DNA of 64,000 nt, taken from positions 1 through 64,000 of IMG/VR virus record IMGVR_UViG_3300045988_135589. One strand, written 5' to 3'. Both the position numbers and the translations under genes were made by a program. Origin of the DNA: a virus. Shown here in pieces: positions 1 to 9,790 of the stretch (position 1 is the first letter of the stretch; each line of letters starts with the position of its first letter). The notes beneath the pieces are model-generated. The model saw only the letters and a program-made list of their open reading frames with translations, had not been told where the DNA came from and did not search any database.

Positions 1-260
1 GTAATAAACAGAGGAAATGGAAAGACCGGAGTATAATAAGCTACGCAAAATGGCTAAGACTACTCCAGGTCTGATAGTGGACGAGGCGCAAAACATGATG
101 CGTGTATCGCTATACGATAATGGAGAACTTAAGAAGGTGGTAGTAGTAATGAAATGCGATTCTTTTTTACAGTCAAAAAGTAACATAGAAAAGATAATGT
201 TATTATCATCTTCTATAGAAGATAGAAAAAACAAAGAAAAAAATAAAACAAAATCAGAAA

Positions 261-644
261 ATGAACAGAATAACAAAAATAAGAGAAGAAATAGGAGGAA
301 AACAGGTTGATTTAGCCTTTTACGGGCGCTTTTGCAGCCTTATCGAAGGTGACAGAAAGATAATACTAAGGGCAATAAAAAACGGTCGTAAGAAGGGCGT
401 AATCGGAGCCATTCAGCCTGGGAGACATGACAGAATTTGGACCACATGGTCTATCGCTTTTGATGATCTAAAGGTAGGGGATACGGTAGAGTTTAGTACA
501 TCTGGAAAATACAATCCCGGATTTCATGCTACGGAAAAGTATGTAGGGTGTGTAGAATGGATAAAAGGGTCAGAATGTGCGATAAAAACCGGTAAGGGAA
601 TAGCAGTAGTATTAATTAAACACGTAGAAAGGGTGGTAAAATAA
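261..644 (+). CDS. hypothetical protein (127 aa)
   Basis: Clean ORF with an AGGAGG-like purine-rich tract upstream. It is translationally coupled to the next ORF (ATGG overlap at 641-644). The overlapping ORF 17..310 is low-complexity (K/N-rich) and may be only partly real. Confidence 0.5.
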   Translation: MNRITKIREEIGGKQVDLAFYGRFCSLIEGDRKIILRAIKNGRKKGVIGAIQPGRHDRIWTTWSIAFDDLKVGDTVEFSTSGKYNPGFHATEKYVGCVEWIKGSECAIKTGKGIAVVLIKHVERVVK

Positions 645-925
645 TGGATTTAAGGATGTTTATAGACCTATTTCAGGAGATTGAGGTAGAGAACTTGTTT
701 AAAGCGTTAGATTTATGTATGGAATATGTAAGATTAGATTTACATGTGTTTAATGTAGGAGCTTATGTAATGTGTTCATACAGTAATGATCTTGAATCTC
801 TTTCACAGGCAGAAGGTTGTAATGTGAATATGATAATAGAGGTACCCTACTTATTCGAAGCATTCATGGAATATGCTTCACCGGAAATGAAGTTGTATTA
901 TGAAAAACTAACAGAGATAGTATAA
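644..925 (+). CDS. hypothetical protein (93 aa)
   Basis: ORF packed in an operon-like arrangement. Its start overlaps the previous stop. Confidence 0.45.
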   Translation: MDLRMFIDLFQEIEVENLFKALDLCMEYVRLDLHVFNVGAYVMCSYSNDLESLSQAEGCNVNMIIEVPYLFEAFMEYASPEMKLYYEKLTEIV

Positions 926-926
926 T

Positions 927-1400
927 ATGAAAGAAGAAGTAGAACGGATAAAGAAGTTGGTAGGCATAGATCATAACAGATGGGAGCAACCTTGTACATG
1001 TGATAAATGCAAGAACATGTGTAAGGTTCCTTGTATTGGTGTGCCAAAAGACATAGAGGCTATCATAGATGCCGGATACGCTGACAGGTTAAAAGAAACA
1101 ATGTGGATGGTAGGGTGTCTTGCAGTGGGAGAAAAACCAATAGCGATGATCCAGCCAACAGGGAAAGAAGGGTGGTGCGCATTCCGCCGGCCAGACGGTC
1201 TCTGCGAGCTGCATGACCGTGGACTAAAGCCGACCGAAGGAGTTCTGGCTTCTTGTAAGATGGTTGAAGAAGACAATGTTCCAACATATGAAACGTCTGT
1301 ACTTAGAGCAGTAGCTCATGAGTGGGTTAAGGTGGAGAACTTCGCAACTATAATGAGAGTCGTTTTTAAATACTTGCATGAAAATGAACGTGGAAAATAA
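927..1400 (+). CDS. Cys-rich hypothetical protein (157 aa)
   Basis: ORF with several Cys clusters (CTCDKCKNMCKVPC; GWCAFRRPDGLCELH). It is probably a metal-binding protein. A GC-rich non-coding island follows it. Confidence 0.55.
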   Translation: MKEEVERIKKLVGIDHNRWEQPCTCDKCKNMCKVPCIGVPKDIEAIIDAGYADRLKETMWMVGCLAVGEKPIAMIQPTGKEGWCAFRRPDGLCELHDRGLKPTEGVLASCKMVEEDNVPTYETSVLRAVAHEWVKVENFATIMRVVFKYLHENERGK

Positions 1401-1973
1401 ATTAGATAAAGTAGTTAAGATCCTAAAAGAAAAAGGATTTGTAGTATATAGAAAGGGCGGGAAGGAGCCAGGGTAAGGCGGCGCTTGCCCTGCCATGAGG
1501 TCGGTCCGCCTGTTTGTGGCCAGGGTCGCATATTAGTCAGATAGTGACGGACGCCACAGGAGACAGGTGGTTGACATACTCCCACGCCTAAAGGCAGTGG
1601 GATTCTTGGATACAAGCGCAAGAAACCCCGATATTACTATCGCTGGAATTACCCATACTCTCCAATTCGGAAATGCCCTTCCGAAGTATATTACGGGCTG
1701 CAAGAACATCACGGTCGTTGACCGCGCCGCACGACGGGCATACCCACGTGCGGTCGCGTAACGACAGACCTTTATTAATGCAGCCACATTCACAAGTTTT
1801 GGAAGAAGGATACCATTTGTCAATCTTGTGTTTGGAAGCAGCAGAAGGTTATCCGGTAGATGTAGATTTGGAAACACAAGGGTTTTACCGTTGTAATGAC
1901 GCAGGAACACTTCCCGGAGAGTGTGCAGATTTTATTTTTCATAAGTGTAATGATTAAATTGAAATAATCAAGT

Positions 1974-2288
1974 TTGAACTTAAATAAAATACAAGATATG
2001 GAAAGATTGAATTTTGAAACATTGTTTCGTATCGTAAGATGGGATTACAACCGTTGCTTTAAGGATGAATCATTGGACAAGGATTTGTTCGTAGAAAAAT
2101 ACGGACGGGTAATGGGTGAACATTATTATAACAAGTTTGTCCATGAATTTGACGGAAATATCCTGAAGATGGTTGGTTACTTCAGAGGTTCCGAAAAAGA
2201 TGGGCAAATCTTCTGCGATATGATAACCGAACGTATTGAAAAATACGAAAAGAGAATGTCATATGATAAAGGTAAGTTAAACAATTAA
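1974..2288 (+). CDS. hypothetical protein (104 aa)
   Basis: ORF in the tightly packed + strand block. Confidence 0.5.
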   Translation: MNLNKIQDMERLNFETLFRIVRWDYNRCFKDESLDKDLFVEKYGRVMGEHYYNKFVHEFDGNILKMVGYFRGSEKDGQIFCDMITERIEKYEKRMSYDKGKLNN

Positions 2289-2300
2289 AAAGATATTTAT

Positions 2301-3362
2301 ATGAACAATTCAATGGTCGCTCACTTGTGGGCTCATGAACAAGAAGAATCAGCATCAGGGAGCAATTTCTTCTTTGAAGGTGCAAGTATTTATTCTTATG
2401 GGCATCACTTTGAAGTCGGGAGAATAGTAAAAAACAAACAAGGGAAGAAAGCATACCTGATAAATGAAGATTATTATTCTGTTACCACGAGCAAACATCA
2501 ATGCTATGTTCGTAATGCGATACCAACTTGGGCAATGGTTTTCAGTGTAGGGGATAATATATCGGATACTGGTAATATGAGGTTTGTTGCCAGCAAACTG
2601 GAATCAATTAAGAAGTCTATTGAAAAATACAAAAGAGCTAAAACAGAATTATCTTATACAGATATTTGGGGCGCTTTTGAGAATATGATGGATTACATTC
2701 AGTTCTTTAACATGGGGACTGCTAAGAGTATCCTTAAAAAGAGTGCTAATGATTGGCTTGGAACCAATCATGAATTATCCAAGAGCGGAGATAGTATCAA
2801 GCGTAAGCACGTACATGAATTAAAACGCATCTTTCAAATTTTATTGGATCATCAAGGATTAAAAGTGTTAGGGACCGTAAATGTGATTGTTGATGAAGTT
2901 TGCGGGGAAGGTACATGGATTAAGTATTCAGAAAGATCTGAAAGATGGAGAAAGGGTGAGGAAGAAAGAGAAAGAATAAAATTAGAGAGATTAAGAAAGG
3001 AAGAAGAAGCCCGTTACAAGGATTTTGATGAAAAACTGGAAGAGTGGAAGTCGGGAGAAATCAATTTCTTGAATACACCTTTCTATATTCCTGGTGAAAA
3101 ACCTAACGCCTGGATTCGTATAAAAGGAAATATTATTGAGACAAGTAAACAGATAAAGATTGGAATAGCAGAAGCCAGAAAACTGTGGCGGGCTGTGTCG
3201 GCAATGCACCGGGGCGCCGAGTTTCGGCACGGTCTGGTGGAGGACATCACCGGTCACCAGTGGAGTCTAAATCGGTACGAAAACGATTTGCTAACCGCTG
3301 GATGTCATAGGATAGCATATAGCGAAATGGAGAGAATAGCAAAACAACTGGGATGGGTTTAA
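2301..3362 (+). CDS. hypothetical protein with central charged coiled-coil (353 aa)
   Basis: Long ORF with an E/R/K-rich heptad-like segment (ERWRKGEEERERIKLERLRKEEEARY). It contains a local GC-rich patch near 3180-3290. Confidence 0.6.
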   Translation: MNNSMVAHLWAHEQEESASGSNFFFEGASIYSYGHHFEVGRIVKNKQGKKAYLINEDYYSVTTSKHQCYVRNAIPTWAMVFSVGDNISDTGNMRFVASKLESIKKSIEKYKRAKTELSYTDIWGAFENMMDYIQFFNMGTAKSILKKSANDWLGTNHELSKSGDSIKRKHVHELKRIFQILLDHQGLKVLGTVNVIVDEVCGEGTWIKYSERSERWRKGEEERERIKLERLRKEEEARYKDFDEKLEEWKSGEINFLNTPFYIPGEKPNAWIRIKGNIIETSKQIKIGIAEARKLWRAVSAMHRGAEFRHGLVEDITGHQWSLNRYENDLLTAGCHRIAYSEMERIAKQLGWV

Positions 3363-3661
3363 GCAACCCATCTTATTTTATAACAACTAAAAACAAGAAA
3401 AATATGGAAAATGCAATTATTGTTCCGTTTGATTTAAATACGGCGAGAAAAATTAAAAGCGGAGAAATAGAAGGTTCGGTATTAATTGATAATATTGAAA
3501 TAGAATTTGTATATGAGTCGAAAGACTGTGCAGGTCCTTATAATTTGCTTTTTGTAAAAAAAAGATGGATATGGGATAAGTGCTATATATGCCAACACGG
3601 AAGGTTGCATTATTGGCGGCACCACTCTGGAATTGAGGGTAGAGGCTGGAGCGTATTTTAA
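3353..3661 (+). CDS. hypothetical protein (102 aa)
   Basis: ORF that overlaps neighbouring candidate ORFs 3633..3893 and 3760..4143. Which of these overlapping frames is real is uncertain. Confidence 0.35.
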   Translation: MGLSNPSYFITTKNKKNMENAIIVPFDLNTARKIKSGEIEGSVLIDNIEIEFVYESKDCAGPYNLLFVKKRWIWDKCYICQHGRLHYWRHHSGIEGRGWSVF

Positions 3662-4190
3662 GAAAGGAGATGTATTAACAAGCACTAATGGATATCAATT
3701 CATATATGATGGAATTATTACCAAAGGGATAATGGGATGTATATGCGGAATGGCAACATTTGGAGATATTGGGTTTGATTACAAATTATGGACTCATGTG
3801 TATGACGAAGATAAAAAAACGGCATGTAAGAAAGGCTATAGAAGAAGAGAAGAAATTTTTAGCAGAAAAGATTATAAAAGTCGAAGACAGTAGAAAAATA
3901 GATATAATAAAACGATATTTAAGTGAATATGAGTATCTATTAGATGAGATGCCGAAACATGACTTCAAACCATTTGAACGAGTATTGGTAAGAAGAACTA
4001 ACCAAGAGAGGTGGAAATTGCATTTATTTTCCAGAGAATCAGGAGAAGATAATAAATACGAATGCTTAGGAGGGGGAGGATTTAGTCAGTGTATCCCATA
4101 CGAAGGAAACGAACATCTTTTAGGAACTAATAAAAATGGATAACAAATATGAAAACAATAACATACGAAGGGGTGTAGCATGGAGACTGG

Positions 4191-4652
4191 GTGAGATGTG
4201 TCTCATGTGGGGCGCAAATACTTCTTCCATGTGGGGCAGATAAATGCCCGGAATGTGGAGAAAATGGCACTTTAAGATGGGTCGACGAAGAGAGGCAGGA
4301 AATAGACGATAAGGGTCTGGATTGCTTAGGCTATGTAAGAGAGTTGAGGGTAGATGATTATTTATCTCCAACAACATTAGAAGAGATCGCGGAAGAAATA
4401 AGGAACTGCATAACATTAACAGAAAGCAGTTTTGAGTACACGGTTCTCATGGATGAGCCAGACAGGAACCTTGACATTGACAACATAATGCAGATTCACA
4501 ATGTATTGTCATTTCATAAACCACAAACACAAATTATAGCCATAATACACAATCCGGCATTGATTTACAAATTAAGTAAATTAGATTGTGTGAATTTCAT
4601 AGAGATGACAGAAGGGTATCTTAATAAAACTTGTACATTTGTGTCTAACTAA
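4191..4652 (+). CDS. zinc-ribbon hypothetical protein (153 aa)
   Basis: N-terminal CxxC...CxxC motif (CVSCGAQILLPCGADKCPECG). Confidence 0.5.
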   Translation: MRCVSCGAQILLPCGADKCPECGENGTLRWVDEERQEIDDKGLDCLGYVRELRVDDYLSPTTLEEIAEEIRNCITLTESSFEYTVLMDEPDRNLDIDNIMQIHNVLSFHKPQTQIIAIIHNPALIYKLSKLDCVNFIEMTEGYLNKTCTFVSN

Positions 4653-4663
4653 TTAAAGGTGAG

Positions 4664-4978
4664 ATGAACTGGAAGAAATTCAAAGAGGAAAAACCTCCAG
4701 AGGGAGAAGAAGTGTTGGCTTATCACCCAAGTTGGATAGATGAAGATTTCAACCCAAGAGGTATAAGAATAGGGTTTTGGAATGGAGGAGCCGATTTTAG
4801 ATCGGCTCATTGGTGGGATTATCAAGATTGTTATATCACAATCTCTCATTGTGATTGTGATGATAATTCTCTTTTCAGTGATAGAATAAAAAACAGCATA
4901 GAGCCAGAGTTATGGATATCACTTGATGTTATTACAAATTACTTACCTGATATAAAACAAAATCACTTATCACAATGA
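4664..4978 (+). CDS. hypothetical protein (104 aa)
   Basis: ORF with tight spacing to its neighbours. Confidence 0.45.
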   Translation: MNWKKFKEEKPPEGEEVLAYHPSWIDEDFNPRGIRIGFWNGGADFRSAHWWDYQDCYITISHCDCDDNSLFSDRIKNSIEPELWISLDVITNYLPDIKQNHLSQ

Positions 4979-5358
4979 GCTATTTTATATTAATGGGGAG
5001 AAGAATCCCCAAGCAAGCCATAACAGGCTTCAAATTTCAAAATGAAACAGATAACATTCGTCCTTTCTTGTCAATCAGGATAAGGGGAAAGGACGAAATT
5101 ATACCTTTCAAAGATAAAAAGGAGATACAGTCTGTAAAAGCGCATCTGTGTTCTATCTTTTCTGGGTTTGTAAAAATAGGTGACTGGTATCTCAAGATGT
5201 CGGAAGTTAAGGAATATAAGCCGGTGACCGCCGAAGACATGAACCCCTACATCTTGTTTAAGACATCTAAGTTCGGAAACATAAAAGTTCGTTTCCCGAA
5301 AGATGAAGATATGGATGCAGAATTATTGGTGTTAGATCAACTTTTTGATGTAGAATGA
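4975..5358 (+). CDS. hypothetical protein (127 aa)
   Basis: ORF whose start overlaps the previous stop by 4 nt. Confidence 0.45.
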   Translation: MSYFILMGRRIPKQAITGFKFQNETDNIRPFLSIRIRGKDEIIPFKDKKEIQSVKAHLCSIFSGFVKIGDWYLKMSEVKEYKPVTAEDMNPYILFKTSKFGNIKVRFPKDEDMDAELLVLDQLFDVE

Positions 5359-5652
5359 ATTATTGATCATATTTTAGAAATCATGACCTGGAAAGAATTA
5401 AAAGACAAAATATCCCTTATGACAGAAGAAGAGCAACGACAAGAAGTTGCAGTATGGGGAGAAAATATGAATCTAATGAAAGATTGTTCCTTGGAGAAAA
5501 CAGACGAGGATATGTACTACAACTCTGAATGGGATTATACTTGTGAAGAGAGTGAATTGGAACCGGAAGACAAGAATGACCCTGATGTACATAAGGTATA
5601 TGAAGCAGGAATGTATTATATTTATTCGAATTGATTTTAAAAAGATCTGATT

Positions 5653-6399
5653 ATGGCAGCATTAACAACACTAAATATAACGGAAAAGAACGCTAATAAC
5701 AGTTTGTCTGTAACTGTTAAAGTGAATGTCACCAAAGAAGGAGTGTTTACCACTACCTTGTCAAAAGAAGATGTGGACAAGATTCATTCTTATGGGATCA
5801 AATTACCTACAAACAGATTAGGCAACGAAGGATATTTCAATAGTATAGCACTTTCTGATTTGGAAAGTCAAATCAGGGAAGTTCTGAAGAGATGTTTGAG
5901 TTATAAAATAGTAGAAGAAGTGCCTGTTATTAAGTATCAACTGGAAACGAATTGCACGTTTTCCTATGACAAAAACGGAAATATTGTCCCTAACCCCTCT
6001 AAGGAATGGACAGGAGGCGATGAAAATGGAAAATGGAGAGATGGAACTTCCCGTTTAGATGCCTTAAACACCCAACCTTTCGGTTTTAGTGTTTATGCAA
6101 AACCATTTCTAAAAAGAGTAATTGAATATGGAAATGGAGAGACAAAAGTAGAATACGGCAGGTTAAATACAGAAAAAGGAACTTATGTGCACTGGCTGAA
6201 TTGTGTAACGAGCATATCATACAATAGACATAAACAGGTAATGGAAGTGGAGTGTAACGAATGTACCTCGAAATTATTCGTTGATATGATCAAGTCCATT
6301 TGTAATATAAGCGAACAAGTTAAGAGTTTTATCAATCCAGAACAAATAAAAGCAATTGCGGAGTCAAATGAACCGATTTTGCTTTTATCTAACAACTAA
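5653..6399 (+). CDS. hypothetical protein (248 aa)
   Basis: Long ORF with no competing frame. Confidence 0.6.
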   Translation: MAALTTLNITEKNANNSLSVTVKVNVTKEGVFTTTLSKEDVDKIHSYGIKLPTNRLGNEGYFNSIALSDLESQIREVLKRCLSYKIVEEVPVIKYQLETNCTFSYDKNGNIVPNPSKEWTGGDENGKWRDGTSRLDALNTQPFGFSVYAKPFLKRVIEYGNGETKVEYGRLNTEKGTYVHWLNCVTSISYNRHKQVMEVECNECTSKLFVDMIKSICNISEQVKSFINPEQIKAIAESNEPILLLSNN

Positions 6400-6552
6400 A
6401 AAATCATGAGGTATGTATGTGTTTTTATCTGCTTTCTGTTATGGCTTATTTTTACGTTGCTATTATCATTCACTGTCATAGGATTGGTTATAAGCGTGAG
6501 TGATGAATGGCAGGAAATGGGTGATAAAATAATAGATAAACTTTAAAAATAA

Positions 6553-6837
6553 TTGAGCATGAGTAAATATACAGCAAAACAAATTGCCGAGTCCGATGAT
6601 CTGTTTGATAAGCAAATACATAAAGTCAGAAAGTTTTATTTGAGTCGTAATCCTGATAAAATGATGATGCTCGAAGAAAGAAAAGCTGTTATCAAAGAAC
6701 GAAATAAAGGTCTTTCCCCAGAATATGATAAGGAATATTATTGCGGAACCTGCGGAGCTAAAGACGGTGCGGAGCATCCTAAAACCGGATATTGCTTTCA
6801 CTGTGATACGGATAACTGGATTCCAAAAAATGACTAA
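6553..6837 (+). CDS. hypothetical Cys-containing protein (94 aa)
   Basis: ORF preceded by a TAAAAATAATTGAG motif. It carries a C-terminal CGTCG...CFHC cluster. Confidence 0.5.
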   Translation: MSMSKYTAKQIAESDDLFDKQIHKVRKFYLSRNPDKMMMLEERKAVIKERNKGLSPEYDKEYYCGTCGAKDGAEHPKTGYCFHCDTDNWIPKND

Positions 6838-7294
6838 CAGCTAAAATAATCGAATTATGACAGCCGAGAAGTTTAAATCTATTTGTGAATATAAAGGAAT
6901 AACTTGGAATGATCTTGTCCGTATTAGGATTATCAGGCCAAAGAAATTTTTAGGATTCTTTAGGCAATTAACAGGTATAACAATCGAAGGTGCATTCAAT
7001 AGATGTTCTGCTTGTGTTGAAATAATGGCTAATGATGACAACGGTGTTTCAATGATGCACTATATTGATTACGAAGATATTATAGGAGTTGAATTAATTA
7101 AAAATTAAAAATAATTGAGTGAACAGTTTGCAAAAATCAGTACGAATGCGTTGTTAGGATTATCAACATCCGCCACATAAGAACCATCTAATCCCGTAAA
7201 TATCGTGATGCGTTGGTAGTATGTGTACAGATAGCAAGCAGGCGCTGGGATAAAGCATTTGGCAAACATTCACTCTAAATAAGAAATAGTAGAT

Positions 7295-7633
7295 ATGAAT
7301 ACAGAATTTGAAAACATGGCTTTGCTGAATATAGAAGACTACAATGAGCTTAAAGCTAAAGCCGAAGCAACAGATGAGCAGATAAAGAAACAAGCCGAAG
7401 AAATGGCTAAGCCTGAAGTTGTCACATTGAAAGTGTGCTTTGATACATACGGATTATTATACAGGCCAAATACTTGTGTTGATGTTGAAATACCATTCTA
7501 TGATGATGAAAAAATCAGAGATATGCTTAACAAAGCAAGTGCTGATATAATGAAATGGTGCGACAAAAATATGGTAAAATACAACAAAGAACTCAAAGAA
7601 TCCAAATCTACAAAAAACATTGCGAAGGACTAA
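7295..7633 (+). CDS. hypothetical protein (112 aa)
   Basis: ORF. Confidence 0.45.
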   Translation: MNTEFENMALLNIEDYNELKAKAEATDEQIKKQAEEMAKPEVVTLKVCFDTYGLLYRPNTCVDVEIPFYDDEKIRDMLNKASADIMKWCDKNMVKYNKELKESKSTKNIAKD

Positions 7634-7999
7634 GAAAGCATATCGCAAATCTCGAAAGGCGCCTCTTAAAGCATGCATTGGCAAACGTTATTTTATCTAT
7701 TATATCAGTTGCGGCTATAATTGCTCTTTTCACATTAATTCAAAACTAAATAGACATGGAACAAGAATATGCTATTCCTCTTTTTAAAGCTGGTGCAGAG
7801 TGGCGCATTAACAGCGTGTGGCATTCTATAACAGTAATTCCAGATTGCCACCGTTTTATTGTGTTTCTCCCTAAGAAATCAACAATAGGATCAAAGAATC
7901 CAATTATGGGTATATTGGAAGAGAACAAAACTTTTATATCCAGCCGTCCAGGATGTATTTTATACAGATTAGATGAAATGGAATCATGGGCTTATTTAG

Positions 8000-8443
8000 A
8001 TGATCTATTACCTTAAAAACAGCATAAGCAATATGGAAAGCGAAAAGAAGAAAATATGTCCCAAATGCGGCTGCGAAGATGGGTCGGGGCAAAATAATAT
8101 ACATAGCATGAATCCAGAACATTTTTGTAAATGTCCTATACGGTCTATTATGGAACGAGATGGAGTTTGCTATTCTTGTGCGTTTTGGATCAGACTATAT
8201 GAAGAGAATAAGAATAATCCCAATTGGTTGATTATAGATGGAGAATCATGGATAGCTAATCCGTTTGTTCCCAATACAAACAACAAAACACGAAGATTCA
8301 TGGGTATGGGAGGAAGAATGATGGAGGCTATTTCAAATGATGGGAGAAAAATCATTTCCAATGATTGGTGGCATCAAGGGAAAATCCCAGAAGAATTTAA
8401 GGATTTAATACCTGATAATGCCAAATGGGTAAAAATGAGTTAA
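8000..8443 (+). CDS. Cys-rich hypothetical protein, member of an intragenomic paralog pair (147 aa)
   Basis: Clear paralog of 30488..30976. Shared motifs are CPKCG, a conserved C..C.FW, IDGESW, a GG-R-M box and a C-terminal FKDL(I/M)PDNA-W. Confidence 0.6.
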   Translation: MIYYLKNSISNMESEKKKICPKCGCEDGSGQNNIHSMNPEHFCKCPIRSIMERDGVCYSCAFWIRLYEENKNNPNWLIIDGESWIANPFVPNTNNKTRRFMGMGGRMMEAISNDGRKIISNDWWHQGKIPEEFKDLIPDNAKWVKMS

Positions 8444-8462
8444 GAAGAAAATATGAAAGGTT

Positions 8463-9329
8463 ATGACCGACAGAGAACTTCTTGAAGAAAACAATAAGAT
8501 GTTAAAGGAAATTCTAAGTTTTGTGAGAAAAGTTGACTCTGTTGAATACAGGGATCATCATGACTTTATGGAATTTCTTAGAAATGTGGCAGCCGATATA
8601 TGGGTAGAATATATGGAGCCTGAACAAAGAGGTAGATTGTTTAATTTAATAAATAAAAAAGAAATGAAAACAGTTTTTGATTTAAGCAGAGATGAGATTG
8701 TGTCATTGACATGCAAAGAGATATATCTGTATATAGACAAAGAGCTTGCTGGTAAAGGTATTCCAATTGAAGCTAAAAACTGGAATATAAAGAACGAAAA
8801 AGAAGTCGTGTATCCAAGAACTGGAGTTCCAGTATTTATGTTAAAAGATATCGGCATCGGTTTTAGAACCATAGAAGGTGTAACTGAGGTGGCTAATTTG
8901 CTTGTTAAATATAATGCATTTAAAATGGAATCAAAGTTTCTGATAGGATCGTATGAACAGTTTTGGATCATAGGGGAAAGTGTTTGCCCAGCCATTGCAG
9001 GAGAAGCTGGATATAGTAAGGAAGAGTTTGATAAGGTAAACAAGGAAAACAAAGATCCAGAATTGAAAAGTATAAATTCCTTCAATGATACTGTGAAAAA
9101 AGCCAATGAAATTAAAGACAGGGTATTGAAATACGTGGACAAGATAAAACGGGAGCGTTCATATAACAATGACCTGGTTGGTATCTTTGAAAGGTATAAA
9201 GATATAGCAGACGGTGATATGGAGGTAGCTATGAATTTTATTAAGGAGGCTTATCCATTCAATGAAGAAACAGAATCGTTTATCAGGAAAAAGTTTGACA
9301 TGCCTATGCCGGACGAATCAAAAAAGTAG
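8463..9329 (+). CDS. hypothetical protein (288 aa)
   Basis: Long ORF. The ORF 8558..9169 on the opposite strand is low-complexity and likely spurious. Confidence 0.6.
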   Translation: MTDRELLEENNKMLKEILSFVRKVDSVEYRDHHDFMEFLRNVAADIWVEYMEPEQRGRLFNLINKKEMKTVFDLSRDEIVSLTCKEIYLYIDKELAGKGIPIEAKNWNIKNEKEVVYPRTGVPVFMLKDIGIGFRTIEGVTEVANLLVKYNAFKMESKFLIGSYEQFWIIGESVCPAIAGEAGYSKEEFDKVNKENKDPELKSINSFNDTVKKANEIKDRVLKYVDKIKRERSYNNDLVGIFERYKDIADGDMEVAMNFIKEAYPFNEETESFIRKKFDMPMPDESKK

Positions 9330-9379
9330 TAATTAAGCTAAATTAAATCATTTTGAATCTTTTTTATTATCAAAAGACA

Positions 9380-9387
9380 TATCTTTG
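9380..9387 (+). promoter_or_regulatory. Candidate Bacteroidota-type -7 box TATCTTTG, with TTTG at 9352-9355 as a possible -33 element
   Basis: Exact match to TAnnTTTG. It lies 18 nt upstream of a 31-codon mini-ORF (9406-9501). That mini-ORF sits upstream of the omega-RNA/IscB locus. Confidence 0.35.
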
Positions 9388-9544
9388 TCCAAAAAAACAA
9401 ACAGAATGGAAGAAAAAGAGATAAAAGAAGCTATGATTGAAGCCCTGACGCACTTAGAGGGGTGTAAGTATTTCGTGGCCACGATAGTAAATAATCGAGA
9501 ATAATACATAACTCATACAAATCATAACCAATTTGTATCGTATT

Positions 9545-9790
9545 ATGCATAATAGCCAAAAGCTATTCCGATTATTAGCCTAAGTGTTGAAACAAACACT
9601 ACGTTATTTAAGAATAGATAGTTACCTGCGGATGTTTGCCCAAGTCTGTAGCTCTAAGGTAAGTGATTAAACAGTTCTGGTATTCAGGAACAGTGTTGCT
9701 TACAAAAAAACCTCTTATAACATTGGCGATGGGTACTAACAGAGTTTCACTCTGACTTATGTTGAATAGACATTAAAAACGTTTGTAGAT
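9545..9790 (+). ncRNA. Putative omega-RNA (IscB guide RNA) comprising a 5' guide-like segment plus a structured scaffold
   Basis: A roughly 460-bp non-coding region lies immediately 5' of iscB on the same strand. The scaffold part, about 9572-9745, has a near-copy at 22494-22671 with compensatory stem changes. The first hairpin is GTGTT-GAAACA-AACAC here versus GCCTT-GAAACAG-AGGC in copy 2. Just upstream is a promoter-like 15-mer, TTTGTATCGTATTAT (9532-9546). Confidence 0.55.

Noticed and set aside
8558-9169. 203-aa minus-strand ORF
   Set aside because: It is antisense to a better 288-aa ORF, and its composition is S/L/F-rich low-complexity. It is likely spurious.
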